From NCBI GenBank assembly GCA_963674865.2, contig CAXXYE010000008.1, positions 96,001 to 160,000 of the forward strand: a stretch of DNA of 64,000 nt, given 5' to 3'. Positions 21,792 through 31,943 of this stretch are shown piece by piece (position 1 is the first letter of the stretch; each line of letters begins with the position of its first letter). The translations under genes and the position numbers were made by a program. The notes under the pieces were generated by a model that was not told where the DNA came from, searched no databases, and was given only the letters and a program-made list of their open reading frames with translations. This DNA is from Candidatus Hydrogenedentota bacterium. GTDB lineage: Bacteria; Hydrogenedentota; Hydrogenedentia; Hydrogenedentales; SLHB01.

Positions 21792-23126
21792 GTGTCGCAG
21801 CCCGTCGAAGCATTTCGTAACGCCTTCAAGATTCCGGAACTCCGCCAGCGGATTCTGTTCACGCTCGGGATCTTGGCTGTGTACCGGTTGGGCACCTTTG
21901 TGGCCACGCCGGGTGTGAACGGCCATGCCCTTCTCGAGGGTACCGGGACTATGGGCGGCTTCCTGGGTTTGTACGACCTCTTCTCCGGTGGTGGACTCAG
22001 GCGTGCCACCGTTTTTGCCTTGGGCATCATGCCGTACATCACGGCATCGATTATCATGTCCCTACTGACGGCGGTCATTCCCTCTCTCGAGAAGCTTGCC
22101 AAAGAAGGGCGCGAAGGCCAGAAGAAAATCACGGAATACACTCGCTACGGGACGGTTGCCCTTTGCGTATTTCAATCGATCGGCATCGCCCTCATGCTCC
22201 AGAACTCGAGCGCCAATTCCCCTTCGCCGTTCGTGATGAATCCAGGTATCGGATTCATCCTGATGTGCATTATCTCGTTTACGACCGGTACGGCCTTCAT
22301 CATGTGGCTCGGCGAACAGATAAGCGAGTATGGCGTCGGCAACGGTATGTCCTTGATCATCTTCGTCAGCATCGTTTCGCGGATGCCCAGCGCGATCAAT
22401 CGCCTTATCCGCTACGTCGGGGCCCACGAGTATAACGTTATGCAGGTGGGCGTCCTCCTTATCCTGTTGGTGGTGGTTGTCGCGGGCGCGATTCTTGTTA
22501 CCACGGGCCAGCGCCGAGTCCCCGTGCAGTACCCCCGTCAGGTTAAGGGTCGGAAGATGTACGGCGGGCAACGCAACTACTTTCCCCTGCGGGTGAATCA
22601 AGCCGGCGTGATTCCCATCATCTTTGCCCAGTCTTTGTTGATGCTTCCCGTGATGCTTGGAGAGGCCGTGAAGCATCCCTTGGCTCAGATTATATTTGTT
22701 GACCTGTTCGGTTATGGTAGGCCGCTCAACTACGTGGCCTTGGTCGGTTTGATTGTGTTCTTCACCTATTTCTACACGGCCATCACGTTCAACCCGATCC
22801 AGATTGCCGACGATATGAAGAAGTACGGTGGTGTGATTATGGGTGTGCGGCCCGGCAAAGCGACGGCCGATTACCTGAACAAAGTCATGACGCGCATTAC
22901 CCTTGTGGGCGCCGCGTTCTTGGCGTTGGTTGCCTTGCTGCCGGCGCTCGTCAATGTCTCTCTCAATATCGGCGACCAGTTGATAACGAGCTTCTTCGGC
23001 GGAACGAGCCTGCTGATTCTCGTTGGCGTGGCGCTCGATACCGTCAGGCAGATCGAGCAGCACCTGATCATGCACCACTATGACGGTTTTGCGAAGGGCC
23101 GGCGCATCCGGTCGAGAAGGCGCTAG
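21792..23126 (+). CDS. secY: Preprotein translocase subunit SecY
   Basis: ALGIMPYITASII, WLGEQI..GVGNG, AGVIPIIFA, FGGTSLLI. Confidence 0.99.
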   Translation: MSQPVEAFRNAFKIPELRQRILFTLGILAVYRLGTFVATPGVNGHALLEGTGTMGGFLGLYDLFSGGGLRRATVFALGIMPYITASIIMSLLTAVIPSLEKLAKEGREGQKKITEYTRYGTVALCVFQSIGIALMLQNSSANSPSPFVMNPGIGFILMCIISFTTGTAFIMWLGEQISEYGVGNGMSLIIFVSIVSRMPSAINRLIRYVGAHEYNVMQVGVLLILLVVVVAGAILVTTGQRRVPVQYPRQVKGRKMYGGQRNYFPLRVNQAGVIPIIFAQSLLMLPVMLGEAVKHPLAQIIFVDLFGYGRPLNYVALVGLIVFFTYFYTAITFNPIQIADDMKKYGGVIMGVRPGKATADYLNKVMTRITLVGAAFLALVALLPALVNVSLNIGDQLITSFFGGTSLLILVGVALDTVRQIEQHLIMHHYDGFAKGRRIRSRRR

Positions 23127-23130
23127 AGCC

Positions 23131-23811
23131 ATGGCCATGGATTTAAGGATCGTATTGCTCGGAGCGCCCGGAGCGGGCAAAGGTACCCAAGCTCAGCGCA
23201 TCGCTGAGGCGAAGGGCCTGCCTCATATCTCCACGGGAGACATCTTCCGTGCACACCTGCGCGATGGCACCGACCTTGGCAAGCAAGTACAAGCCTTCAT
23301 GGCTGAAGGCAAGTTGGTGCCGGACGAGCTAACGTGCGATATCGTGGCGCAGCGCCTGGGCGAAACGGACTGTTCGCACGGGTATATCCTCGACGGATTC
23401 CCCCGCTCGGTACCGCAAGCCGAGAATCTCGAGCGGCTTCTGACCGCCCAAGGCGACCGTATTGACATTGCCGTCAGCATTGATGTGGACGACGATGCCA
23501 TCGTCGAGCGGCTTTCGGCGAGGCGTTCATGCCCCAAGTGCGGCGCCATCTACAACCTGCGTTTCAGCCCGCCCAAGCAAGACAACGTCTGCGACCGCCC
23601 CGAGTGTGGCGGCGCGGAACTCGTGCAGCGGGAAGACGACCAAGAAGACACTATCCGCGAGCGGCTGAGGGTATATCATGAGACAACCGAGCCCATTGTT
23701 GCGTTCTATGACGAGCGCGGGCTGTTGAGCACGGTTGCCGCGACACCTCTCTCGCCCGAGGAGGTCTTCAAAGAAATTGAATCGATCCTTGCCCGGACGG
23801 TAGGGGCTTGA
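23131..23811 (+). CDS. adk: Adenylate kinase (zinc-lid type)
   Basis: GAPGAGKGTQA, LDGFPR, lid CPKC...CDRPEC. Confidence 0.97.
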   Translation: MAMDLRIVLLGAPGAGKGTQAQRIAEAKGLPHISTGDIFRAHLRDGTDLGKQVQAFMAEGKLVPDELTCDIVAQRLGETDCSHGYILDGFPRSVPQAENLERLLTAQGDRIDIAVSIDVDDDAIVERLSARRSCPKCGAIYNLRFSPPKQDNVCDRPECGGAELVQREDDQEDTIRERLRVYHETTEPIVAFYDERGLLSTVAATPLSPEEVFKEIESILARTVGA

Positions 23812-24599
23812 GCCTCTTGATTGCTCTCCGCAGCGAGCGCGAGATCAGTCTCCTGCGTGACGCGAACCGGATCGTTGCGGATGTTCTCGCCGCTTTGGCC
23901 GACGAGGTCAAGCCGGGCATTACGACAGGCGAATTGGACCGTCGCGCCGAAGCGATGATCCGTGCCGCAGGAGCCATACCGTCGTTTCTTGGATACAACG
24001 GCTACCCGAACGCGACGTGCATCTCCGTTGAGGAGGTGATCGTGCACGGTATTCCCGGCGATCGCCTTCTTAAGGAAGGTGAAATCGTCAGTATTGACGT
24101 TGGCACTCGCTATATGGGTTATATGGGCGACGCGGCGCTCTCCGTGCCGTGCGGCGTCGTGGACGAGGAACGGCGCCGGTTGCTTGCGGCAACGGAGCAG
24201 GCTTTGGCCAATGCGATCAGCGTTGCCCGAGCCGGCAATTACTTGGAGGAGGTCTCACGCGCGGTTCAGGAGACGAGCGAGGCCGCTGGTTTCTCGGTCG
24301 TACGCGCGTTTGTGGGCCACGGGATTGGAACGGCCATGCATGAGGAGCCGCAGATTCCCAATTTCGTCAGCGGCGATCGTGGGCCCCTGTTAAGGGCCGG
24401 CATGGTATTGGCGATTGAGCCGATGGTGAACGCTGGTGTAACCGACGTGAAGGTGATGGATGACGGCTGGACGGCCGTCACGGCGGACGGGCGCCCCAGT
24501 GCGCACTTTGAACATAGCATCGTTGTCGGCGAGGACAGTGCCGAAGTGTTATCCTCCACGCCAAAGCGGCGTTGGGGGCAATGTCCGGACAAACAGTGA
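23808..24599 (+). CDS. map: Methionine aminopeptidase type I
   Basis: HGIP, GHGIG..MHEEP, AIEPM, SAHFEH; TTG start at 23808 or 23817. Confidence 0.97.
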   Translation: MSLLIALRSEREISLLRDANRIVADVLAALADEVKPGITTGELDRRAEAMIRAAGAIPSFLGYNGYPNATCISVEEVIVHGIPGDRLLKEGEIVSIDVGTRYMGYMGDAALSVPCGVVDEERRRLLAATEQALANAISVARAGNYLEEVSRAVQETSEAAGFSVVRAFVGHGIGTAMHEEPQIPNFVSGDRGPLLRAGMVLAIEPMVNAGVTDVKVMDDGWTAVTADGRPSAHFEHSIVVGEDSAEVLSSTPKRRWGQCPDKQ

Positions 24600-24606
24600 C
24601 GAGAGT

Positions 24607-24825
24607 ATGCAGAAAGAGGAAGCCATAGAAGTCGAAGGTACGGTGGTTGACCCGTTGCCCAATGCGATGTTTCGCGTTGAGTTGAAGAACGGCCACACCG
24701 TGTTGGCCCATATTTCCGGGAAGATGCGGATGAACTTCATTCGCATTCTCCCGGGCGACCGCGTCAAGCTGGAGATGTCGCCTTACGATCTGACGCGGGG
24801 GCGCATTACGTACAGGTATAAGTAG
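24607..24825 (+). CDS. infA: Translation initiation factor IF-1
   Basis: [26 protein letters not shown]. Confidence 0.98.
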   Translation: MQKEEAIEVEGTVVDPLPNAMFRVELKNGHTVLAHISGKMRMNFIRILPGDRVKLEMSPYDLTRGRITYRYK

Positions 24826-24930
24826 GCGGTTGGTCGGTGACAATGTAGCCCGACCTAAGGCCGCCCCTGCGTGTGCCCCGGGCCGGTGTTGTGGCAGGCA
24901 GTGTACTGACGGTTTGGCGTGGAGCGAGAC

Positions 24931-25044
24931 ATGAAAGTACGAAGTTCAGTTAAGAAGATGTGTGAAAAGTGCAAGATCATTACGCGCCACGGGCGCGTTC
25001 GCGTGATCTGCACCAACCCGAAACACAAGCAGCGGCAAGGCTGA
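24931..25044 (+). CDS. rpmJ: 50S ribosomal protein L36 (not in ORF track)
   Basis: Manual translation [37 protein letters not shown]. Confidence 0.98.
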   Translation: MKVRSSVKKMCEKCKIITRHGRVRVICTNPKHKQRQG

Positions 25045-25063
25045 AACTGGGAGAACGAGCGGC

Positions 25064-25426
25064 ATGGCACGTGTAGTCGGCGTAGACCTTCCCCGCACAA
25101 AACGCGTGGAAGCTGGTCTGCAGGCAATTCATGGAATTGGGCCGACCCGAGCGAAGGAAGTCCTTGCGCAAGCGGGTATCGACCCCAACATACGCGTCCG
25201 CGACCTAACGGACGAAGAAGTGAGCCGCCTTTCCTCGGTAGTTCAGTCGTATAAAGTCGAGGGCGACTTGCGCCGTGAGGTTACGGCCAACATCAAGCGT
25301 CTGATGGACATCAACGCTTATCGTGGGCTGCGTCACAAGCGTGGCCTGCCCGTCCGTGGCCAACGTACCCACACTAATGGCCGCACGCGGAAGGGCCCGC
25401 GGCGCACCACCGTCAAGAAGAAGTAG
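25064..25426 (+). CDS. rpsM: 30S ribosomal protein S13
   Basis: [16 protein letters not shown]. Confidence 0.98.
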   Translation: MARVVGVDLPRTKRVEAGLQAIHGIGPTRAKEVLAQAGIDPNIRVRDLTDEEVSRLSSVVQSYKVEGDLRREVTANIKRLMDINAYRGLRHKRGLPVRGQRTHTNGRTRKGPRRTTVKKK

Positions 25427-25439
25427 GAGGATACGCCAA

Positions 25440-25838
25440 GTGGCCAAGGAAAAACGGAAGTCCAAGGGCAAGAAGCGCCGCGGCACCCTGAATGTCACGT
25501 CGGGCGTAGCCCATATCCAGGCGACCTTCAACAACACGATCATTTCTATCTCCGATTCACGGGGAAACGTGGTCGCTTGGTCCAGCGCCGGCCAAGTCGG
25601 ATTTTCAGGCTCACGGAAGAGCACGGCATTCGCGGCGCAGTTGGCCTCCGAGGCCGCGTCACGAAAAGCCATGGAAATGGGCATGAAAGACGTGAAGGTC
25701 TTTGTGAATGGGCCAGGGGCCGGGCGTGAGTCGGCCATTCGCGCGATTCAGGCGGCGGGACTCGAAGTTACGTTGATCCGGGACGTTACCCGGATCCCCC
25801 ATAATGGGTGCCGGCCACGTAAGCGGCGGCGAGTGTAA
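25440..25838 (+). CDS. rpsK: 30S ribosomal protein S11
   Basis: [28 protein letters not shown] start after AGGAGG. Confidence 0.98.
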   Translation: MAKEKRKSKGKKRRGTLNVTSGVAHIQATFNNTIISISDSRGNVVAWSSAGQVGFSGSRKSTAFAAQLASEAASRKAMEMGMKDVKVFVNGPGAGRESAIRAIQAAGLEVTLIRDVTRIPHNGCRPRKRRRV

Positions 25839-25934
25839 GCGTGTAGATGATGTACGCTCCGACTATGTATAAGCCGGGGTGTTGTCGAGGCGCCGGGGTG
25901 ACTTCAAGGCCGTAATGTCGAAAGGCTCGAATTC

Positions 25935-26951
25935 ATGATTGCAAAAGAATTTGTAGTTCCCAAGTGGGTCAAGGTTGAGGATGACTCGACGGACCGCTAT
26001 GCCCGTTTTGTAGTGGAACCCTTCGAGCGCGGCTATGGCACCACCATAGGGAACTCGCTTCGGCGCGTTCTCCTGGCGTCGCTCGAAGGCTCCTGCGTGA
26101 CCGCCATACGAATCGAGGGCGTGCAGCATGAGTTCTCCGCTATTCCAGGCGTTCGCCAAGACGTGACGGATGTTGTCCTGACCCTTAAGAAGGCCCAGAT
26201 TCGTCTCAACAGGGACGAGCCCCTGATCTTCTCCTACGTCTTCAAAGGGCAAGGTGACGTCACCTTGGGTGATATCTTCAAAGAGCAAGATGTTGATGTT
26301 TTCAACCCGGATCTTGTCGTGTTCTCCGTTACCGGGAAGTCCGCCAAGATCGAGATGGAGATCAAGGTGGCCAAGGGACGCGGCTACATGACCGCGGAAC
26401 AGTTCGAACTCGAACACGCTCCCTTGGGAACCGTTTACCTTGACGCGAACTTTTCACCTGTTACACGCGTGAACTTCCTGGTCGAAGATGCCCGTGTCGG
26501 GCAGACCACCGACTACGACCGGCTCCTCCTCGACGTATGGACCAACGGCTCCATCACGCCCGAGCTGGCTGTCCAGGAGGCCGCGCAACTGATCATTGGC
26601 CATCTGAAGATCTTTGTGCAGCAGGAGCAGGAAGCGGAAGAGGACGCCGGCCGCGGCGGTGCCGAGGATCCCGAGCTGGCGAGAAAGCTCTCTCGGCCCG
26701 TTGAGGAACTCGAATTGAGTGTGCGCGCTGCGAACTGCCTCAAGGCGGCGAATATCCGAGTTATTCGCGACCTTGTCGTTCGCACCGAGCCCGAGATGCT
26801 CCAGTTCCACAACTTCGGCAAGAAATCGCTCGACGAGATCAAGTCGATTCTGGCCTCTTTGGGATTGTCCCTGGGCATGGAGCTGGGCGTCGACCGAGAC
26901 GAGGAAGATGCGGCGCCTCCGAAGAACGTCGCCAAAGACGAAGAAGAGTAA
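25935..26951 (+). CDS. rpoA: DNA-directed RNA polymerase subunit alpha
   Basis: [33 protein letters not shown]. Confidence 0.99.
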   Translation: MIAKEFVVPKWVKVEDDSTDRYARFVVEPFERGYGTTIGNSLRRVLLASLEGSCVTAIRIEGVQHEFSAIPGVRQDVTDVVLTLKKAQIRLNRDEPLIFSYVFKGQGDVTLGDIFKEQDVDVFNPDLVVFSVTGKSAKIEMEIKVAKGRGYMTAEQFELEHAPLGTVYLDANFSPVTRVNFLVEDARVGQTTDYDRLLLDVWTNGSITPELAVQEAAQLIIGHLKIFVQQEQEAEEDAGRGGAEDPELARKLSRPVEELELSVRAANCLKAANIRVIRDLVVRTEPEMLQFHNFGKKSLDEIKSILASLGLSLGMELGVDRDEEDAAPPKNVAKDEEE

Positions 26952-26971
26952 TCGAAGAAGGAAATCAGATC

Positions 26972-27349
26972 ATGAGGCACCGGAAATCAGGCAGACGGCT
27001 GGGGCGAACCACCTCCCACCGCAAGGCGACCATGAAGAATCTCGCCTTGGCCCTGTTCAAGCATCACGCCATTCGAACCACCGTGGCGAAGTCGAAGGAG
27101 CTGCGTGTCTTTGCCGAGCCCCTGATTACCTTGGCCAAGACCGACACGGTAGCCAATCGACGCAGAGCCTTCGCGGCCCTACGCGACGATGCCGTGGTCG
27201 CCAAGCTCTTCACGGAGATCGGCCCTGCTTTTGCTGAGCGCCCAGGCGGCTACACGCGCATCCTTCGGCTGGGCAACCGCCTTGGCGATGCGTCGCCCAT
27301 GGCGCGGATGGAGTTAGTCGACCTCGGGGAGTACAAAGAGGAAGACTAG
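26972..27349 (+). CDS. rplQ: 50S ribosomal protein L17
   Basis: [20 protein letters not shown]. Confidence 0.98.
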   Translation: MRHRKSGRRLGRTTSHRKATMKNLALALFKHHAIRTTVAKSKELRVFAEPLITLAKTDTVANRRRAFAALRDDAVVAKLFTEIGPAFAERPGGYTRILRLGNRLGDASPMARMELVDLGEYKEED

Positions 27350-27370
27350 GCTCACCAAACTAGAAACGAT

Positions 27371-27404
27371 AAGCGCCACTCCCGGCGAGGGAGTGGCGCT
27401 TTTT
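27371..27404. terminator. Intrinsic terminator, possibly bidirectional, after rplQ
   Basis: AAGCGCCACTCCC-ggcga-GGGAGTGGCGCTT followed by a T-run, between convergent genes. Confidence 0.85.
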
Positions 27405-27441
27405 CGATCAGTTGAGGCGGTCTCAGGTCTTCCTTCGTTGC

Positions 27442-29055
27442 TTAGAACTGGATGCCCGTATCCACGTAGAAGTAGTCGGCGTCGTCGTCATCCGACCCCA
27501 TCGTATTCGCGAAGTTCATAAGGTCTACGTAGTGTCCCTCGGCCATACCGTCGCCGGTGAACAGGTGCTCCCAGCCGAACGCGATGTAAAGATCGTCGCT
27601 GTACGCATACGTGAGCTTCAGGGTCGTCAACCAGCCGAGTTCATCATCGCCGTCGCGGTCCCAGAAGGTAAGCACGGGGAACAGCGGCCGCTTCTGGAGG
27701 AAAGGCAGGCGGCTCTTCTCGAAAAGGTAGACCCTCGGGTGCTCAAACGGGTCGAACACGCTGAGATACGCCACTTGGACGCTGGTCGAGAGCTTCTCCG
27801 TCGGCGCGGCATCCACGCCTAACCGCCCTTGCCAGAGGTTCGTGAACACCTGGCCGTCGTCGAACATGCCCGCGAGAGTCTGGCTCGAGAAAAGTCGGTT
27901 GAAACCAAGGTTCGCATGAGGCTGGTACAGGATGCCCGGATACCTGCTGAAGGTCTGCCAGACGTCATTGCCGCGATTGTCCGCGCCCTCGAAGAGCGCC
28001 CCGCCCACGTACACCCGGGGCTGCCAGGCAACGTCGAACGTATAGCCGACCTCGACATCCGCCCCGATGAAGTCCGGATTGGGCCGCGAGTCGCTATAAA
28101 GCGCTCCCCACTCACGCGTTAGGTGGCCTGCCGTCCCGGAATAACCTCGCTGGCGGGCGACCTCGAGGTCGTAGTCCAGCCCGCCCCACCGGCCAAACAG
28201 CCGCACGCCATACGTGTAGATGTTGGTTGGGCGGTACTTATCCACGTTGAAGACTTCTTCCACCCACTCGCCGAAGGGGCCATACACCTGATCCTCGATG
28301 CTCTGTGCATCGCGCAGCCACAAGAAGTAAACGGACGCCTGAAGCGGCTTGAATCCCTTATAGGTGCCGTAAACACCGTAGAAATCCGCATCGCCATCCT
28401 CCTCAACCGGACTTCGCTCCGCCAGCTTGCTCCAGAATGCATCCACTTCGTAGTCTTCCGCATCAAACGTCAGCCGAACCGCGTCGAACGGCTGGGCGAG
28501 TGTCTCTATGGACGTCTCGCCGACGAGCCATCCCTTGCCGAGCGTGATGAGCTGCCTGCCGATCCGCAGCCGCAAGGGCTGGCCAAACAGGTTATCCGCT
28601 TCGATATAGGCCTCGATGAATTCCAGATCATCAGCCGTTGCCGCCCTGGCGTCCGCGCCGGTGATGTAATTCGAGCGGAAATCCTCGCCCCAGACGTCGT
28701 AGGATTCGAGCGTGATGACGGCGTTGACGTCCTCCGTGAAGTCGGCCTTGACGCCAAGTGTTGTCCGCTGCTCCACGTACTTGAGGTCGGCGCCGCGGTC
28801 ATCCCAGTCAAACCGGGACCACAAGCCGCCCCGCGGCGGGAACACCACATCGCCCAAAGGACGGCTCGGCCAGAACCGGGCGGCTACGTAGTTGGCCCAT
28901 CCGTTGCCGTCTGCCCAGACATTGCGCCAATAGCGCCCCCGTGCCCTTACCTCGCCCCCAACCTCGACATTCTGCAACTCGGCCACGGCCGGCAAAGCCG
29001 ACGCGAACAGCACGAGCATGATGATACTCCGCTGCCACCAACTCCCTGGACGCAT
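27442..29055 (-). CDS. Alginate export (AlgE-like) outer-membrane beta-barrel protein
   Basis: Signal peptide ending AVA-ELQNVEVGG; LRLRIGRQ..TLG, FDAVRL; C-terminal Phe. Confidence 0.75.
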   Translation of the reverse strand: MRPGSWWQRSIIMLVLFASALPAVAELQNVEVGGEVRARGRYWRNVWADGNGWANYVAARFWPSRPLGDVVFPPRGGLWSRFDWDDRGADLKYVEQRTTLGVKADFTEDVNAVITLESYDVWGEDFRSNYITGADARAATADDLEFIEAYIEADNLFGQPLRLRIGRQLITLGKGWLVGETSIETLAQPFDAVRLTFDAEDYEVDAFWSKLAERSPVEEDGDADFYGVYGTYKGFKPLQASVYFLWLRDAQSIEDQVYGPFGEWVEEVFNVDKYRPTNIYTYGVRLFGRWGGLDYDLEVARQRGYSGTAGHLTREWGALYSDSRPNPDFIGADVEVGYTFDVAWQPRVYVGGALFEGADNRGNDVWQTFSRYPGILYQPHANLGFNRLFSSQTLAGMFDDGQVFTNLWQGRLGVDAAPTEKLSTSVQVAYLSVFDPFEHPRVYLFEKSRLPFLQKRPLFPVLTFWDRDGDDELGWLTTLKLTYAYSDDLYIAFGWEHLFTGDGMAEGHYVDLMNFANTMGSDDDDADYFYVDTGIQF

Positions 29056-29194
29056 GCTCCATTCCTCCCGCTTAAGTGTCAACCATTTCCACGCGTGAAC
29101 GCCAAACGTGGCCATAGTCTACTTACTCGACAGCCGTTTCACAATGCCCGCGCGGCTGGACACGGCTGTCTACAACCAAAGGGCACTTGGCGGG

Positions 29195-29200
29195 TATAAT
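29195..29200 (+). promoter_or_regulatory. -10 box (TATAAT) 7 nt upstream of the mutS ATG; candidate leaderless promoter
   Basis: TATAAT-cggcccc-ATG with no SD sequence. Confidence 0.5.
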
Positions 29201-29207
29201 CGGCCCC

Positions 29208-31853
29208 ATGGCGAAGAAGCAGAACTGGAAGAAGCTCGGGGAAGTTACTCAGGCGAAACTCACGCCCATGCTTCGGCAATACCTCGATGCTAAGGCAGAG
29301 AGTGGCGATTCGATCCTCTTTTTCCGTATGGGCGATTTCTTCGAGATGTTCTTCGAGGATGCCATTGAGGCGGCCGGACTCCTCGGACTTGCCCTTACCT
29401 CGCGCGACGGTGCGGATAAGGAAGAGCGCGTGCCCATGTGCGGTGTGCCCCATCGCGCCGTGGACTCGTACATCGCTCGCCTGATCAGGGCCGGAAAGAC
29501 CGTTACGATATGCGATCAGGTCGAGGATCCTAAAGAGGCCAAGGGCGTCGTCAAGCGCGCCGTAGTCCGGACTATCACGCCCGGTACCGTGATTGAGCCC
29601 GAACTGCTCGAGGAAACGGCGAACAACTACCTCGCCGCCATGCTCACGCGAGACGGCCTCTCTGGCCTGGCTCTCGTGGACGTCAGCACCGGTGAGTTCC
29701 TTGCCGCGGAGATCGCCGGGGACGTGCAGCGCATTCTTGCCGACGAGTTGACCCGCACCGCTCCTGCCGAGGTGCTCGTGCCGGACACGATGGATGGAGA
29801 CGTACTGGAAAGGTTGCGGCAGCGCTTTGGCGGGATCGCTTTCACACCGCGGGCGGAAGATGAGTTCGACGCGGCTATGGCTCGCGACCGCCTCTTGGAC
29901 CAGTTCGGGCTCAGCACCCTCAAGGGGATAGGCCTTGACGATGTCCCGGAGGCCCTCGCATGCGCTGGCGCCGCTCTTGCCTATGTCAAGGCGACGCAAC
30001 GCGAAGCCGCCCCGCACTTGCGTTTGCCAAGGCTCTACAGCCCCTCCGGATATGTCGTGCTCGACGGCAATACACAGCGCAACCTGGAGTTGATCGAGTC
30101 CCTGGCTGATAAGTCCCGGCGCGGCACGCTCTTGAGTGTTCTGGACCGCACCAAAACCAGCATGGGAGGGCGCAAGATCCGCCAGTGGATATTGCATCCC
30201 CTACTTGATGTGGACGAGATCCGGGCGCGGATGGACGCAGTCGAGGCGCTGTACGACGACGCCGAACGCCGACTTGGCCTGAAGGATGTGTTTGCGGGCG
30301 TCGCAGATCTCGAGCGGTTGCTGGGGCGTTTGACCTCAAAGGCGGGGAATGCCCGCGACCTGCGGGCGTTGGGGCGTTCCCTCGAAAAAGTCCCCGAACT
30401 TCGGACCGCCTTGGAAGGCATCGATGCTCCTCTCCTCGCTGGGCTGCGAGACGGAATGGACGACTGCGCCGACGTGGCCGGCTGGATTGAGGAAGCCATC
30501 GTGGATGAGCCGCCACTTGCCATTACCGAGGCGAATCTCTTCAAAGAGGGACATGACGAGGAACTCGATAGGCTGCGTGGCCTCGTTCGGGGGGGACGCG
30601 ACTGGATCGCCACACTGCAGCGTGAGGAGAGCAGCCGGACTGGCATCCCCAACCTGCGCGTCGGCTACAACAAAGTCTTCGGCTACTACATCGAGGTAAC
30701 AAAGTCGTATACCGGCCAAGTGCCCGAGGATTACGAGCGCAAGCAGACGCTCGTCAACGCCGAGCGCTACGTGATCCCCGCGCTCAAGTCGCGCGAAGAG
30801 GAGATCGTCACGGCCCAAGAGCGCATGCAGCGACTCGAATACGATCTGTTTTGTGCGCTCCGAGAAAAGGTGTCCGGCGAGGCCAGGCGAATTCGTGAGA
30901 CGGCCGACGCCCTTGCTACCGTCGACGTCCTGCTTTCTTTCGCGGAAGTGGCCGCGACGAAGAGCTATGCCAAGGCCCGCGTCGGCGACGGCGAGAGGCT
31001 GCGTATCCGGGAGGGCCGCCATCCCGTTGTCGAGGACATCATGCCACGCAACGAGTTCGTGCCGAACGACGTTGTTCTCGACCCCGCGACCACGTCGCTG
31101 CTCATCGTGACCGGCCCCAACATGGCGGGCAAATCCACGTATCTCCGTCAAGTGGCCCTCATCACGCTCATGGCGCAGATTGGCAGTTTCGTCCCCGCAG
31201 CCGAGGCGGAGATCGGCGTCGTGGACCGCATCTTCACCCGCGTCGGCGCGTCGGATAACCTCGTTCGCGGTGAGAGTACCTTCATGGTGGAGATGATCGA
31301 GACGGCCAATATCCTCAACGCCGCCACGGAACGCAGCCTTGTCGTGCTCGATGAAATAGGCCGCGGTACGAGCACGTTCGACGGGATCAGCATCGCGTGG
31401 TCCGTGGCCGAGCACATTCATGACCACGTTCGCGCCAAGACGGTGTTCGCCACGCACTACCACGAACTGACGGAACTTGCCGCGAAGCTCGAACGTGGGA
31501 AGAACGTCAACGTGGCCGTGCGAGAGTGGGGGGGGAGGGTCGTTTTTCTGTACCGCATTGTGGATGGCGGTGCCGACCACAGCTACGGGATACAGGTCGC
31601 CAAGCTGGCTGGCTTGCCCCGGGACGTCATCGAGCGCGCCCATGAGATTCTCGAATCCCTCGAATCCGGCAACGCCGCGGCCGTCGGCTTGCCCGAGCAA
31701 ATGTACCTTTTCGGCCCGCAGCAACACGCCGAGCCCAGTCGCATCGAGAAGGAACTCGAAACCGTCGACCCCGACGCGCTAAGTCCCCGCGAGGCCCAAG
31801 ATCTCCTCTACCACCTCAAGCATCTCCTCAACCGCCCGCGCAACGAGGGGTGA
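29208..31853 (+). CDS. mutS: DNA mismatch repair protein MutS
   Basis: TPMLRQY, FFRMGDFFEMF, TGPNMAGKSTY, DEIGRGT, FATHYHEL. Confidence 0.98.
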   Translation: MAKKQNWKKLGEVTQAKLTPMLRQYLDAKAESGDSILFFRMGDFFEMFFEDAIEAAGLLGLALTSRDGADKEERVPMCGVPHRAVDSYIARLIRAGKTVTICDQVEDPKEAKGVVKRAVVRTITPGTVIEPELLEETANNYLAAMLTRDGLSGLALVDVSTGEFLAAEIAGDVQRILADELTRTAPAEVLVPDTMDGDVLERLRQRFGGIAFTPRAEDEFDAAMARDRLLDQFGLSTLKGIGLDDVPEALACAGAALAYVKATQREAAPHLRLPRLYSPSGYVVLDGNTQRNLELIESLADKSRRGTLLSVLDRTKTSMGGRKIRQWILHPLLDVDEIRARMDAVEALYDDAERRLGLKDVFAGVADLERLLGRLTSKAGNARDLRALGRSLEKVPELRTALEGIDAPLLAGLRDGMDDCADVAGWIEEAIVDEPPLAITEANLFKEGHDEELDRLRGLVRGGRDWIATLQREESSRTGIPNLRVGYNKVFGYYIEVTKSYTGQVPEDYERKQTLVNAERYVIPALKSREEEIVTAQERMQRLEYDLFCALREKVSGEARRIRETADALATVDVLLSFAEVAATKSYAKARVGDGERLRIREGRHPVVEDIMPRNEFVPNDVVLDPATTSLLIVTGPNMAGKSTYLRQVALITLMAQIGSFVPAAEAEIGVVDRIFTRVGASDNLVRGESTFMVEMIETANILNAATERSLVVLDEIGRGTSTFDGISIAWSVAEHIHDHVRAKTVFATHYHELTELAAKLERGKNVNVAVREWGGRVVFLYRIVDGGADHSYGIQVAKLAGLPRDVIERAHEILESLESGNAAAVGLPEQMYLFGPQQHAEPSRIEKELETVDPDALSPREAQDLLYHLKHLLNRPRNEG

Positions 31854-31943
31854 GTCTCGGCCAACGGCCTGAAGTCCGTGCCAACCTTTCGGCAGTGCAG
31901 TGGCTCCTATTGTGCAGAGAGTATTACCAAGCGGTGAGGTAAC

